Shown here: one piece after another, positions 1 through 7,510 of the stretch
How the letters are laid out: each line of letters begins with the position of its first letter
How positions within the stretch are numbered: the stretch's first letter is position 1
Assembly (NCBI RefSeq): GCF_000008565.1
Contig: NC_001263.1
Location: 461,707-481,210 of the forward strand
DNA length: 19,504 bases
Direction of reading: 5' to 3'
DNA from: Deinococcus radiodurans R1 = ATCC 13939 = DSM 20539
GTDB lineage: Bacteria > Deinococcota > Deinococci > Deinococcales > Deinococcaceae
The notes under the pieces: model-generated
What the model was told of the DNA's origin: nothing
What the model saw: the letters and a program-made list of their open reading frames with translations, nothing else
Database searches by the model: none
Position numbers and translations under genes: made by a program

Positions 1-25
1 TCTCCCCTTAGGAGAGGGCTTTTTT
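1..25 (+). terminator. Possible intrinsic terminator hairpin, truncated by the window edge
   Basis: tctcc (1-5) pairs with ggaga (11-15). The following gggc could pair with off-window sequence. A run of six T follows at 20-25. It would terminate a plus-strand gene lying left of the window. Confidence 0.3.
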
Positions 26-31
26 ATTATC

Positions 32-117
32 TTGACCCTCTACCAAGGGAAGACTGGCTACAGCCGCTTGCGGAGGGCCTTGAGAAGCACGGGGTGAGGG
101 GTCTTTCTCACCCCACC
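32..117. repeat. Structured small non-coding repeat, family 1, copy A
   Basis: ttgaccctctacc (32-44) is identical to 13562-13574. The block gagggccttgagaagcacggggtgagggg-gtcttt (73-106) matches 13584-13618 with 2 mismatches and a 1-nt indel. An 8-bp hairpin ggggtgag (91-98) / ctcacccc (107-114) encloses the treZ stop codon (108-110). Confidence 0.7.
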
Positions 118-1910
118 AACACCGCTTCCCCCGCCCCCAGCGTCAAATCCTCGCGCCCTTCGGTATGCAGCAGCAGGCGCCTAGGCACGGTGAAGGGCAA
201 CTTGACCTCGGCGACGGCCCGCGTGTCCTGGCCCAGGTTCCACAGCAGCACCCGCTCGCCTGCGCCGGTCACGGTACGGACCCACAGCACGTCGCCGTCG
301 TGGCCGGTGGTCAGGTTCTCGCGCTGGCGGTTGTGCAGCACCGGGTCCTCGCGCCGCAGCCGCAGCAGGTCGCGGTACAGGCGCAGGGTGCGGGCGTGTT
401 CGCCGCCCTCGCGCTCGGCCCAGTTCAGTTTGGAGTTGAGGAAAGTCTGCTCGGCCTGCGGGTCGGGCACGTCCTCGCCGCTGAAGCCGCTGAAGCCCCC
501 GAATTCCTTTTTGCGGCCTTCGGATACGGCCTGTCCCAACTCGCCCGCGTGGTCGCTGAAAAACTGAAACGGCGTGCTGGCAGCCCATTCCTGGCCCTGA
601 AACAGCAGCGGGGTCATCGGCAGCAGCAGCGCGGCGGCGCCCCGGTACTCGTGCAGCGTCACTCCGTCCGACTGGTGCAGCCGCTCGCCCAGGGGCCGGT
701 TGCCGATCTGGTCGTGGTTCTGGATGCAGTAGACGAAGTTGGGGGCCTCCAGCGCGTCGGAGGGGTGGCCGCGCTCGTGCTCCTCGCCCTTGACCGCCCA
801 GAACTGCCCCTCGTAGCGCCAGCCCCGGCGGATGGTGTAGGCGAGGGCTTCGGCGCCGCCCCGGTAGCCGGCGTAGTAGCCTTCCTGCTCGCCGGTCAGG
901 GTGACGCGCGTTTCGTGGTGAAAGTCGTCGGTCCAGATGCCGTCGAGGTGGTTGACCGTCACCAGGTCGGGCAGGTTGCGGTGATCCTCGGCGAGCAGCA
1001 GGTGGGTGCCGCCGAGTTCGTGAATTTCCTGCGCCAGCTCGGTCAGGATGTGGGTCTCGCTGTCGTCGGTCATGTACGGCGTGGCGTCGAGCCGCAGCCC
1101 GTCGAAGTGGTAATCGCGCAGCCACATGCGGGCGTTGCCGGTGACGTAGCGGCGCATGTGCGGCTCGGCGTAGTCCAACCCCATGCCCCAGGCGCTCGAA
1201 AAGCGGTCGGTAAAATAGCTCGGCGCGTAGCTGCTCAGGTAATTGCCTGACGGCCCGAAGTGGTTGTACACCACGTCCAGAAATACGCCCAGCCCCAGTC
1301 GGTGCGCGGCATCTACCAGGGCCATCAGGTCCTCAGGGCGGCCATACGGCGCGTAGGGCGCGTAAAAGGCGGCGCCGTCGTAGCCCCAGCCGCGCTGCCC
1401 GTCAAAGGCGGCGAGCGGCATCACTTGAATGGCCGTCACGCCCAGCTCTTTCAGGTACGGCAGCTTCTCGGCGGCGGCGCGGTAGGTGCCTTCCGGGGTA
1501 AAGGTGCCCACATGCACCTCGTAGAACACGCAGTCGGCGAGTTTGATGCCGTGCCAGTCGGCGTCTGTCCAGTCGAAGGTGCCGAAGTCCACCACTTCCG
1601 CTTCGCCGTGCACGCCGTCGGGCAAAAAGCGGGCGTAGGGGTCGGGGGTTGGCACGCCGTCGAGCACGAAAAGGTAGCGGGCGCCGGGGCCGACCGGCAG
1701 TTCCAGTTCGTAGATGCCGCCGCCGAGCGAGGTCATGACGTGCTCGGTGCCGTTCACGCGCACGGCCACCGTGCGGGCGGTGGAGGTCCACAGGCGAAAG
1801 CGGGTGCCCGCGCCGCCGGGCAGGGGCGTGGCGCCCAGACGGGTGCGCGGGTCGTGCTGGGTCTGAAAAGAAGCGGGGGGGGTCGGGGTCACAGGCTGGG
1901 TCTGGGTCAT
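108..1910 (-). CDS. treZ: Malto-oligosyltrehalose trehalohydrolase (GH13 family)
   Basis: 600-aa ORF. GH13 conserved regions are readable: [15 protein letters not shown] (nucleophile Asp), LLAEDH (acid/base Glu) and QNHDQIGNR. There is an N-terminal beta-sandwich-like segment. GAGGA lies 4 nt upstream of the ATG at 1910. Confidence 0.92.
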   Translation of the reverse strand: MTQTQPVTPTPPASFQTQHDPRTRLGATPLPGGAGTRFRLWTSTARTVAVRVNGTEHVMTSLGGGIYELELPVGPGARYLFVLDGVPTPDPYARFLPDGVHGEAEVVDFGTFDWTDADWHGIKLADCVFYEVHVGTFTPEGTYRAAAEKLPYLKELGVTAIQVMPLAAFDGQRGWGYDGAAFYAPYAPYGRPEDLMALVDAAHRLGLGVFLDVVYNHFGPSGNYLSSYAPSYFTDRFSSAWGMGLDYAEPHMRRYVTGNARMWLRDYHFDGLRLDATPYMTDDSETHILTELAQEIHELGGTHLLLAEDHRNLPDLVTVNHLDGIWTDDFHHETRVTLTGEQEGYYAGYRGGAEALAYTIRRGWRYEGQFWAVKGEEHERGHPSDALEAPNFVYCIQNHDQIGNRPLGERLHQSDGVTLHEYRGAAALLLPMTPLLFQGQEWAASTPFQFFSDHAGELGQAVSEGRKKEFGGFSGFSGEDVPDPQAEQTFLNSKLNWAEREGGEHARTLRLYRDLLRLRREDPVLHNRQRENLTTGHDGDVLWVRTVTGAGERVLLWNLGQDTRAVAEVKLPFTVPRRLLLHTEGREDLTLGAGEAVLVG

Positions 1911-1941
1911 ACGGTCCTCGGGCGCCGGGGCTGCCGCCCGG

Positions 1942-1976
1942 AGCGGGCCCTACCCTAGCGGGCCTCAGAGCGGGCA
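1942..1976 (-). promoter_or_regulatory. Three direct AGCGGGC(C/A) repeats in the treZ upstream region
   Basis: agcgggcc at 1942-1949 and 1957-1964, agcgggca at 1969-1976 (spacings 15 and 12 nt). They lie 32-66 nt upstream of the treZ start codon. Function unknown. Confidence 0.3.
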
Positions 1977-2044
1977 GTGTGGCACAGAGCTCGCTTTCTT
2001 CCGGCAACTGCCCGGGGAACGCCGCAACGTCATCCCACTTTGAA

Positions 2045-2166
2045 AAAGAGTTTAGATCATCAAACTCTTTTTCCGAACGGACTTGGAAAGCTGCGAAGAA
2101 GAGTTCAGCTCCGTATCAAGGGCAGCGAAAGGACCCGGCTTCCCCCCTCACTGGGTCGCCGGGTCC
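2045..2166. repeat. Hairpin-core-hairpin non-coding element, family 2, copy D
   Basis: 9-bp hairpin aaagagttt (2045-2053) / aaactcttt (2062-2070). Core gacttggaaagctgcgaagaagag (2080-2103) matches 17503-17526 at 21/24 positions. 9-bp hairpin ggacccggc (2131-2139) / gccgggtcc (2158-2166). The order of parts is the same as at 17477-17592. Confidence 0.45.
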
Positions 2167-2261
2167 TGATGGTGCTGCGTGGGCGCTGGCCTCCTGCGGG
2201 ACCTTCAGCGCCTGTGGTTTCTCCCTGTCCCTTCTCTCTGCTCTCTGCGGTGGGTGCTCTC

Positions 2262-2337
2262 ATACGGTTTTAATCCGATTCCCGAACATCCGGAAAGGCG
2301 CCGGATGCTCGTCCATCTCCTTAAAACCGTATTTTTT
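2262..2337 (+). repeat. Mini-element bounded by perfect 12-bp inverted repeats, with a nested hairpin and trailing T-run
   Basis: atacggttttaa (2262-2273) is the exact reverse complement of ttaaaaccgtat (2321-2332). An inner 7-bp hairpin is catccgg (2286-2292) / ccggatg (2300-2306). TTTTT follows at 2333-2337. No plus-strand CDS lies upstream. Confidence 0.6.
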
Positions 2338-2351
2338 CCATGCGCTCCGCG

Positions 2352-2379
2352 CAAAATTGCGTCCGGATATGTCCGGGAC
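2352..2379 (-). terminator. Candidate intrinsic terminator of the CAP-domain gene
   Basis: Minus strand reads GTCC(C)GGA-CATA-TCCGGAC (2379-2361), a 7-bp stem with one bulge. It is followed by GCAATTTTG, 17 nt after the stop at 2396. Confidence 0.4.
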
Positions 2380-2395
2380 TCAATTTGAAAACGTA

Positions 2396-2971
2396 TCAGC
2401 GGGTGCCGAAGTCCTGCACCCAGTAGGTGCCGAACTTGCTGCCGGGCTTGTAGAGGTAGCTCATGCCGACTTCCTTGAGCGCGGGGTCCATCAGCGTTTC
2501 GCAGTGGCTGGGGCTGTCGAGCCAGCCCTGAATCACGTCGCGCACGGTGTAGCCGGCGGCGATGTTCTCGCCGAGTTCCTGCCAGCCGCTGTAGCCCGCT
2601 TGCTCGGCGCGCTGCTTCATGGTGGCGCCGCTCGGCGAGGTGTGGGCGAAGTAGCCCTTGTCGGCCATGTCGTTGGCGTGGCCTTCGGCAGCGGCGGCGA
2701 GGTACCCGTTCCAGGTCACGGCGGGGGCGGCGGGCATGTACTTGCCGCCGCAGCTGCGGCCCTGAGCGCGGGTCGCGTTGAGCTGCTCGAACACGCTCTG
2801 CTCTTCGGTGCTGCGGCTCTGGTCACCGCTGTCGTGCGCGCTACGGGGCGCGTTGCTGGTGGCGCTGGTGCTGCCGCCTGCCGAAGGCGCAGAGGGAGTC
2901 GAGGGGCCGCCACCACAGGAGGCGAGCAGGAGGACGGGGCCGAGCAGCAGGGGAAGGAATTTGTGGGTCAT
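2396..2971 (-). CDS. Secreted lipoprotein with a CAP/SCP/PR-1 (YkwD-like) domain
   Basis: Signal peptide with lipobox LLLASC. A low-complexity S/T/P/G linker follows. CAP core motifs: GHANDMADKGYFAHTSP, GENIAAGY, GWLDSPSHCETLMDP. AAGGAG (2986-2981) lies 9 nt upstream of the ATG at 2971. The ORF-track start at 2980 is a TTG abutting the SD, so I prefer 2971. Confidence 0.85.
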   Translation of the reverse strand: MTHKFLPLLLGPVLLLASCGGGPSTPSAPSAGGSTSATSNAPRSAHDSGDQSRSTEEQSVFEQLNATRAQGRSCGGKYMPAAPAVTWNGYLAAAAEGHANDMADKGYFAHTSPSGATMKQRAEQAGYSGWQELGENIAAGYTVRDVIQGWLDSPSHCETLMDPALKEVGMSYLYKPGSKFGTYWVQDFGTR

Positions 2972-3199
2972 GAGGGACAACTCCTTGAAGGCGGGGGAGG
3001 GAGAGAGGGAAGGAAGAACCCGGACAGCCCGGTCGTTCTCAGTGCCCCCAAGGTAGTCAGCGGCCCCTCTCCGGCCCTTTACAGCTCCGGTTTCTTAACG
3101 CGGTCTGTGGCGCCGTCGCCCCCGCGTCCGCCACAGGGCCCGCCAGGACACACTTTTGATGACGGCCCCCCATCACTGCTGACCGGAAGACAGGTTTCT

Positions 3200-3363
3200 C
3201 TGTCAGAGTTGCCCGGTTTGGGACAGTAAGAATTGAAAAAATGGGATGTTGTATAGGAGCGTTGTCCTCGGAAAGCGTTCCCAACAGCAGCCAAAACTGT
3301 TATGCAAAGCTGATGTATAAATGAAGAGGTTGTCCCAGGGCTGTCAGAGTGCCCTCTAGACAG
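3200..3363. repeat. AT-rich core flanked by duplicated ctgtc...gacag hairpin modules
   Basis: ctgtcagagttgccc (3200-3214) and ctgtcagagtgccc (3341-3354) are direct repeats differing by one nt. Each is the left arm of a ctgtc/gacag hairpin (3200-3226 and 3341-3363). tgggaca (3219-3225) is inverted relative to tgtccca (3331-3337). The enclosed 3231-3330 is 41% G+C by count. Confidence 0.5.
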
Positions 3364-3374
3364 GAGTGACAGGC

Positions 3375-5792
3375 TCAGGCCGGCGGCAGGTCGTCGTAGC
3401 GCCAGCCGGGGCGCCGGTGGTGTTGCCCTTCGGCGACGAGGGTGCGGGCGGCGTGCACATCGAGGGCCGGGGAAAATAAGAAGCCCTGGCCCGCGTCACA
3501 GCCGAGGCCGCGCAGAGCGGCGAGCTGCCGGGGGTCTTCGATGCCTTCGGCCACGACTTTGAGGTTCAGGTTCTTCGCCATGGCGACGATGGTGCGCACG
3601 AGTTCGGCGTTGCTGTCGTTGTCCAGCATCCCCTGCACGAACGAGCGGTCGATCTTGAGCACGTCGATGGGATAGAGCTGCAAGTAACTGAGCGATGAGT
3701 ACCCGGTGCCGAAATCGTCGAGGTGCAGCCGCACGCCGAGCTGCCGCAGCCGCTCCATGTTGCGCTGCACGTCGCCGGTCTGGGAAAGCAGGCTGCTCTC
3801 GGTGATTTCCAGATTGAGCCGCCCAGGGTCGAAGCCAGTGCGTTGCAGCAACTCCTTGACCCGTTCGTGCACGTCGGGCGCGGCGAGGTGCTGGCTGCAA
3901 AAGTTCACGCTGAGGTGGAGCGGCGGGTCGTGCGGGTAAAGCCGCTGCCACTGCACCAGCTCGCGGCAGGCGCGCGCCAGCACCCAGCGGTCGATGTCGG
4001 GCAGCAGACCGCTTTCCTCGGCAATCGGGGTGAAGTCGTCGGGCCCCAGCAGGCCGCGCTCGGGGTGCTGCCAGCGCACCAGCGCCTCGAAGCCCTCGAT
4101 GCGGCCCCGGTCCAGGTCGAGCACCGGCTGGTAACGCACCCGCAGTTCGTCGGCGGCCAGGGCGCGGCGCAACTCGTGCTCCATGCGGTTGACGTGCAGG
4201 ATGTGCTCGCGCATTTCGGGCGTAAACACCCGGTACTTGGCGCGTCCGCCGTCCTTGGCGCGGTACATGGCGATGTCGGCGTCGCGCAGCACCGCCATGG
4301 CCGAGTCGTAGTCGGGCTGGCTGTGCACGATGCCCAGGCTGGCCGACATGGTGACCTGATGCCAGCCGCCGGGCAGGCCGCCCGGGCCGGCCGCCGGCAT
4401 CTGCATGGGCCGGCGCAGGGCGTCTTGAATGCGGGCGGCCACCTGCGCCGCCTGTTCGGTACTTTGCAGCGGCTCGAGCAAGATGGTGAATTCGTCGCCG
4501 CCCAGCCGCGCCACGGTGTCGGTGGCCCGCAGGCAAGCGCGCAGGCGCCGGGCCATTTCGACCAGCATGGCGTCGCCGGTGGGGTGGCCCAGGGTGTCGT
4601 TGATGCCCTTGAAGCGGTCTACATCGAGAAACAGCACGGCGTACTGCGGCCCGCCGGGCAGCTTGGAGCGGGCGATGGCCTGAGACAGGCGGTCACTGAA
4701 CAGCGCCCGGTTGGGCAGCCCGGTCAGCGAGTCGTGCAGGGCGTCGTGCTGCAGCTGGCGCGAGAGCGCTTCGAGTTCGGCGGTGCGGGCCTCCACCCTT
4801 TCCTCGAGCTGGGCGTTGAGTTCGCGCAGGGCCTCCTGGGTGCGGCGCAGTTCGGTCACGTCGACGCCGTGCCCCAGGTAGAGCAGCAGCTCACCGTTCT
4901 CGTCGAACAGCGGAGTGTAGTTGCGCAGCTGGTAGACCGGCTCACCGTCCGGGCGCAGCATCCGTTCCTCGAACTGCACGGTTTTGCGCTCGCGCGCCGC
5001 CTCGTCCATGTGGCGCCCGCGCTCCGTGGCCAGCTCCGGGGGAAAGCCGCGCTCGGCCACGTACTCGGCGTCGGTGTGGCCCATGATCCACTCGCGAATC
5101 TGCGGGTTGCCGATGGCCGCCGGGTTGCAAAAGCGGTAGCGCTGGTCCGGTCCCAGCACCGCCAGCGAGGCCGGCAGCGCCGCGAGCAGCGACTCGTAGA
5201 AATACTGCCGGTCGGTGCGGGCGTTGTCGTCGGACTGACCGTGCAGCTCGGTGGTGGTGATCGACATCGCCACGTAGGCCGCCGTACTCTCGCCGCTCGC
5301 CGCGTGCAGGGGCAGCAGCGAGGCCTCGGCCAGTTGCAGTCGCCCCTCCGTGTGCCGCAGCGAGAGCGGCACCTGATGCAGCCGCTCGCCCTGCCACACC
5401 CGCTTGAGCAGGTTGCTCAGCCGCAGGTCCTCGAGCGGCGAACTCAGCAGCTCGGCGAGGGGCCGGCCCCGCAGGTCGTGGCTCCAGCCCAGCGCCCCGC
5501 ACGCCTCGCTGGCGTGAATCACCGTGCCCTGGCGGTCGAGCACGAGCACCGGCAGGCTCAGCTTGTCGAGCAGGTGCTGCGCCCAGCCGGTCGCCTGCGC
5601 CGCGTCGCGGCCACGGTCGAGGGCGGCGCGCACCCGCCACAGCAGGTTTTGCCACTCCCCGAGGCTGGGCGGCACCTCGGTGCTGAGGCCAGCCTGCTGA
5701 AGCAGTTGATCGAGATTGGGAACCGAGCTGGGCATAGATGTGGGAGCCTCGTCACGTCCAGGCGGGCGGGGCCGACCTGAACACAGAGTCAT
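3375..5792 (-). CDS. PAS/PAS sensor with diguanylate cyclase (GGDEF) and phosphodiesterase (EAL) domains
   Basis: 805-aa ORF. Two PAS-like segments and a coiled-coil linker precede the catalytic domains. GGDEF domain: RLGGDEF, preceded by an RATD I-site 5 residues upstream. EAL domain: EALVRW, LNLEITES, DDFGTGYSSL, KIDRSF, AEGIED, QGFLFS. The start at 5792 overlaps the polX stop (TAATG). An alternative ATG is at 5735. Confidence 0.9.
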   Translation of the reverse strand: MTLCSGRPRPPGRDEAPTSMPSSVPNLDQLLQQAGLSTEVPPSLGEWQNLLWRVRAALDRGRDAAQATGWAQHLLDKLSLPVLVLDRQGTVIHASEACGALGWSHDLRGRPLAELLSSPLEDLRLSNLLKRVWQGERLHQVPLSLRHTEGRLQLAEASLLPLHAASGESTAAYVAMSITTTELHGQSDDNARTDRQYFYESLLAALPASLAVLGPDQRYRFCNPAAIGNPQIREWIMGHTDAEYVAERGFPPELATERGRHMDEAARERKTVQFEERMLRPDGEPVYQLRNYTPLFDENGELLLYLGHGVDVTELRRTQEALRELNAQLEERVEARTAELEALSRQLQHDALHDSLTGLPNRALFSDRLSQAIARSKLPGGPQYAVLFLDVDRFKGINDTLGHPTGDAMLVEMARRLRACLRATDTVARLGGDEFTILLEPLQSTEQAAQVAARIQDALRRPMQMPAAGPGGLPGGWHQVTMSASLGIVHSQPDYDSAMAVLRDADIAMYRAKDGGRAKYRVFTPEMREHILHVNRMEHELRRALAADELRVRYQPVLDLDRGRIEGFEALVRWQHPERGLLGPDDFTPIAEESGLLPDIDRWVLARACRELVQWQRLYPHDPPLHLSVNFCSQHLAAPDVHERVKELLQRTGFDPGRLNLEITESSLLSQTGDVQRNMERLRQLGVRLHLDDFGTGYSSLSYLQLYPIDVLKIDRSFVQGMLDNDSNAELVRTIVAMAKNLNLKVVAEGIEDPRQLAALRGLGCDAGQGFLFSPALDVHAARTLVAEGQHHRRPGWRYDDLPPA

Positions 5793-7510
5793 TATGCACG
5801 GTCCGCCGGGCCGGGTGCTCCCCGCGCCGCTCGCTGCCGCGCCACAAAGTCCAGAAACTCCGCGCGCCCCAGCGAGTTGACGACGTGCGCGGGGGTCAGT
5901 CCCGCCTTGCGTGCCTGCATGACCCCGTAGCGGGCGTCACGCAGGCCGCCGGGCACGTGGGCGTCGGTGTTGATGGCGAACTTCAGCCGCTCCCGCCAGC
6001 GCAGCGCCTCACGCCAGTCGAGATCGAGGCGGGCGGCGTTGGCGTTGATTTCGACGACGGTGCCGTTCGCCTCACACGCCCCCAGCACCGCGTCCAAATC
6101 CAGCGCGTAACCGGGCCGGCGCAGCAGCAGGCGCCCGGTGGCGTGGCCCAGCACCGTGACCAGTGGGTGCGACACCGCCCGGATCAGGCGCTCGGTCTGC
6201 CGCGCCGCGTCGAGCGTGAAGTTGCTGTGGACGCTGACCACCACGTAGTCGAGTTCGCCGAGCACGTCGTCGGGAAAGTCGAGCGAGCCGTCGTCGAGAA
6301 TGTCCACCTCGCTGCCCGCCACGATGGGCAGCCCAGCGCGCTGCAACTCGCGGATTTCCTTGAGTTGCTCGCGCAGCCGCTCGATGGTCAGCCCGTTGGC
6401 GTAATAAGCAGCTCGGGAGTGGTCCGCCGTTCCCAGGAACTCGTGGCCCAGGGTGAGCGTCGCCTCGGCCATCTCGCGGATGCTCGCGCCGCCGTCGGAC
6501 CAGGTGGAGTGGGTATGAATCATGCCGCGCAGGTCGCCCACCGTCACCAGTTCGGCGGGGTCGGGGAGCGTTTGCCAGAGGTCGTCGTGCTCAGGCTCGC
6601 GGTACTCGGCGGGGCGGAAAGGGAGGTCGAGCGCATGGAACACGACCGCCTCGGTGGGGGTCGGCAGAACCTCGTCGCCGCGTGACAGGCCGCCCGCCGT
6701 GAGGGTAAAGCCCCGCGCCTGCGCTGCGGCCTGCACCTGACCCGCGAAGTGCTCGCCGCTCCGCAGCAGGTCGAGGGCGCCCCGCGCTTCGGCAGGCGCA
6801 CAGGCGATTTCGACAGGGACGCCCTCATAGTCGCCGCTCAGCACCCCATCTCCCTGCACGGTCAGCTCCGGCAGCCGCGCCAGCACGTCGTCCGGCGTGC
6901 CCGTTACCGTCAGTTCGGCGGCGCGCACCGTTTCCAGGCCGCGCCGCACGTCGCCCGCGGGGGCAGGGGAGAGGTCGGTCAGCGCCCCGGCGAGTTCCTC
7001 GGCGACCGCCAGCCCCGCCCGCAGGGATTGCCGCTGCCGGGCCTCGAAGAGAAAGACGACGTTTTCCAGAATGGTCGCCGCACTTTTGGCCCCGAAGCCC
7101 TTGAGACCGGCCAGTTCGCCACTTTCGGCGGCCTCGCGCAGCCGCTCCAGCGAGTCGATGCCTGCCAGCCAGAGAGAGCGAATCTTCTTCGGCCCCAGCC
7201 CGCGCACGCCGAGCAGGTCGAGCAGGCCCGGCGGCAACTGCCCAGCGGCGGCTTCGAGCGGGGCGAAGGTGCCCGAGCGGGCAAAATCGCTCAGCTCGGC
7301 GGCGATACCCTTGCCGACTTTGGGAATCCCGGTGAACTCGCGCGCCAGCAGCTCGGGCGTTTCTTCGTTCAGTTCTTCCAGGCTGCGGGCGGCGCTGCGG
7401 TAGGCCCTCGACTTGAAGTCCTCGCCGCCCAGGATGTCGAGCAGGTCGGCGGTGCGTTCCAGCGCGTGCACGAGGCGGTGACGGGAAGGCGCGTCGGGCG
7501 GCAGGGTCAT
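5792..7510 (-). CDS. polX: Family X DNA polymerase with C-terminal PHP domain (bacterial PolX)
   Basis: 572 aa. The N-terminus has HhH motifs (GIPKVGKGIA, GVRGLGPKKI, LKGFGAKSA) and the RRG.ET palm hallmark (GDVRRGLET). The C-terminal PHP domain has HTHSTWSDG, GTADHS, SVHS and NTDAH. The ATG at 7510 overlaps the upstream stop (ATGA). Confidence 0.92.
   Translation of the reverse strand: MTLPPDAPSRHRLVHALERTADLLDILGGEDFKSRAYRSAARSLEELNEETPELLAREFTGIPKVGKGIAAELSDFARSGTFAPLEAAAGQLPPGLLDLLGVRGLGPKKIRSLWLAGIDSLERLREAAESGELAGLKGFGAKSAATILENVVFLFEARQRQSLRAGLAVAEELAGALTDLSPAPAGDVRRGLETVRAAELTVTGTPDDVLARLPELTVQGDGVLSGDYEGVPVEIACAPAEARGALDLLRSGEHFAGQVQAAAQARGFTLTAGGLSRGDEVLPTPTEAVVFHALDLPFRPAEYREPEHDDLWQTLPDPAELVTVGDLRGMIHTHSTWSDGGASIREMAEATLTLGHEFLGTADHSRAAYYANGLTIERLREQLKEIRELQRAGLPIVAGSEVDILDDGSLDFPDDVLGELDYVVVSVHSNFTLDAARQTERLIRAVSHPLVTVLGHATGRLLLRRPGYALDLDAVLGACEANGTVVEINANAARLDLDWREALRWRERLKFAINTDAHVPGGLRDARYGVMQARKAGLTPAHVVNSLGRAEFLDFVARQRAARGAPGPADRA

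Noticed and set aside
3300-3320. The palindrome TTATGCA-N7-TGTATAA as a radiation/desiccation response motif (DdrO operator).
   Set aside because: As I recall it, that motif is a 17-bp palindrome with TTATG-type half-sites separated by a much shorter centre. Here the half-sites are imperfect (TTATGC versus TTATAC) and too far apart. The site is also about 330 nt from the nearest downstream start. I keep it only as a generic palindrome within the AT-rich island.
3079-3324. Small Cys-containing ORFs in the AT-rich spacer: 3241-3324 (+), 27 aa, MGCCIGALSS..., and 3079-3294 (-), 71 aa.
   Set aside because: No SD or leaderless signal. Their codon usage is rich in A/T at third positions, unlike every confident gene here, and there are no recognisable motifs. 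Ribosome profiling would be needed to revive them.
3723-5780. A 685-aa plus-strand ORF. Similar long antisense ORFs occur at 165-1250 (+), 1260-1958 (+), 1979-3229 (+), 9207-10295 (-), 10220-11092 (-), 12440-13480 (+), 14606-15355 (+), 15808-17454 (-) and 17591-18979 (-).
   Set aside because: Each lies exactly opposite a CDS with clear family motifs. Their translations are Arg/Ala/Gly/Pro-rich with no recognisable motifs. Long stop-free antisense frames are expected at this G+C content.
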